A stretch of 64,000 nucleotides of DNA from a virus, in IMG/VR virus record IMGVR_UViG_3300034105_002260. One strand, given 5' to 3'. Of the stretch, positions 62,747 through 64,000 are shown one piece after another (the first letter of the stretch is position 1; every line of letters begins with the position of its first letter). The notes under the pieces were generated by a model. It searched no databases. It was not told the origin of the DNA and saw nothing but the letters and a program-made list of their open reading frames with translations. A program made the position numbers and the translations under genes.

Positions 62747-63653
62747 GAAAAACATTATTAAACCAGACCTTAAAGGTGAGATGGATGAACTTCAAAGAGT
62801 TGTCCAAGATTTAAGTCGTGACGAGAATATCGAAACAACTGTAAAAGAACTTGTCAACGCCTTTAACGATAGTACTGAAGAACCAATATCAGATGAAGTT
62901 TGGGGTAAGTTAGAGAACACAGAGTCAAATGAAATAGAGAAGGGTGATATGAAAGCGGTTTATAAAATTGCTAAAACATATAACAAAACAAACCCACAGA
63001 AGTTAAGTCAATCCTTTGCTGATGGAGATTATAAAAGACCATTAATTGTTCAGTTTGGTGATAGATACCATTTAGTTGCTGGAAATACAAGATTATGTAC
63101 TGCGGCTGCTTTAGGTATTAAACCAAATGTTTTCATAGCGAAAATTGGAGAAATGAAGAAAATGGAAACAAAAGAATCAATGGGAGCCGATGCGTCTGGT
63201 TCATCTGAAGGATCCGTATTTGGTACTACAATTCTTAAAAGAGACTTATACAAACCAAACAATAGTAAAAAATATAACGTAAATGAAGAGGAGGAATTTC
63301 AGGAAGCAACTGACGCATCTTCTTCAGGATCATATGACGTTCCTTTGTTTGGGAAGACACCTAAAGGTCGTAGAAACCCTTTGAAGATTGACGGTGTGAA
63401 GAGTATTAAACAAAGTAGAGCGGTAAAAGATAAGAATTTCCCTAAATGGGGAGGTCCAGATTCTGTTTTTATTAAGGTTAAGGATAAATGTAAGAAGTTT
63501 CCATACTGTAATCAAGGAGACATAAACGCAATCGAAATGCTCGAAATGGAGGAATTAACCCAAGCAATTACTGAAATTGCAAAGGAAATGAAGGTTCCGT
63601 TCAAAGAAATTGAGAAAATCGTATTAAATGAAATAAAACTGATATTTATATAG
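62736..63653 (+). CDS. ParB / sulfiredoxin-like domain protein with C-terminal extension
   Basis: RPLIVQFGDRYHLVAGNTRL. Confidence 0.6.
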   Translation: MLDKKNIIKPDLKGEMDELQRVVQDLSRDENIETTVKELVNAFNDSTEEPISDEVWGKLENTESNEIEKGDMKAVYKIAKTYNKTNPQKLSQSFADGDYKRPLIVQFGDRYHLVAGNTRLCTAAALGIKPNVFIAKIGEMKKMETKESMGADASGSSEGSVFGTTILKRDLYKPNNSKKYNVNEEEEFQEATDASSSGSYDVPLFGKTPKGRRNPLKIDGVKSIKQSRAVKDKNFPKWGGPDSVFIKVKDKCKKFPYCNQGDINAIEMLEMEELTQAITEIAKEMKVPFKEIEKIVLNEIKLIFI

Positions 63654-63654
63654 T

Positions 63655-64000
63655 ATGAACCTGTCTGAAATAAACAATATAATCAATGATGTAATATCTG
63701 AGGAAATCAGAAAGACAATCATTATGGAATCAACAAATAAGGAAGTTTACCACATTAAATGTGATGGTGAGCCTATTGCCACGTTTGATTCTGAAGAAGA
63801 AGCTCAAGAAGCGTTACCCGACTATAAGGCTAAAACCACAGGGGACCTTATCATTGAGAAAGGAATGTATGAATCATATGAAGATATGATAGATAAATTA
63901 GACGAAATGGGTCAAGAATTAGAAGAAAAAGAAAATACAAATATGGAAAATCAAAAACCAATCGACGAGAAATTAGTCGGTAACCAAAAAAACATCGATA
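63655..64000 (+). CDS. Hypothetical protein, 3'-truncated by the window edge
   Basis: ATG 5 nt after TATTTAT; open frame MNLSEINNIINDVISEEIRK...KLVGNQKNID to the end. Confidence 0.65.
   Translation, partial: MNLSEINNIINDVISEEIRKTIIMESTNKEVYHIKCDGEPIATFDSEEEAQEALPDYKAKTTGDLIIEKGMYESYEDMIDKLDEMGQELEEKENTNMENQKPIDEKLVGNQKNID

Noticed and set aside
1-64000. Stop-codon reassignment as in some large phages
   Set aside because: Core genes are intact in code 11; TAG and TGA both end genes at sensible coupled junctions.
1-64000. General avoidance of all 4-bp palindromes
   Set aside because: GATC, GTAC, TGCA, AGCT, TCGA, CCGG and GGCC are all present; only CATG appeared absent. Mild GATC depletion cannot be judged by eye.

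Overview
A 64-kb, AT-rich, gene-dense segment with every credible gene on the + strand and the standard genetic code. It reads as part of a large contractile-tailed (jumbo myovirus-like) phage, probably of a Bacteroidota host (no Shine-Dalgarno motifs, A-rich leaders, SprB repeats, a TAnnTTTG promoter, short sigma-70). Layout: baseplate/hub genes (1-7.4 kb); replication and nucleotide genes (gp32-like SSB, RecA/UvsX, flap 5'-3' exonuclease, DnaB-like helicase, class Ia NrdB/NrdA; 8.7-16.9 kb); a baseplate/tail operon (17-34 kb); an array of modular Pro/Thr-linker proteins carrying vWA, cadherin+SprB, Hint and Cys-rich domains, interleaved with two nucleotidyltransferase-fold genes (33-46 kb); a DNA-processing block (RuvC, primase, PD-(D/E)XK nuclease, SbcD, SbcC; 48-56 kb); then ClpP, membrane proteins, sigma-70, a degenerate amidase and probable head-associated proteins. 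Main finding: an IceA1/NlaIII-family (CATG-cutting family) restriction endonuclease gene sits between sbcD and sbcC, no methyltransferase is visible in the window, and a manual read of all 64 kb found no CATG site while other 4-bp palindromes are present. This suggests a phage nuclease whose self-protection is site elimination. All annotations are by-eye motif recognition; no searches were run.
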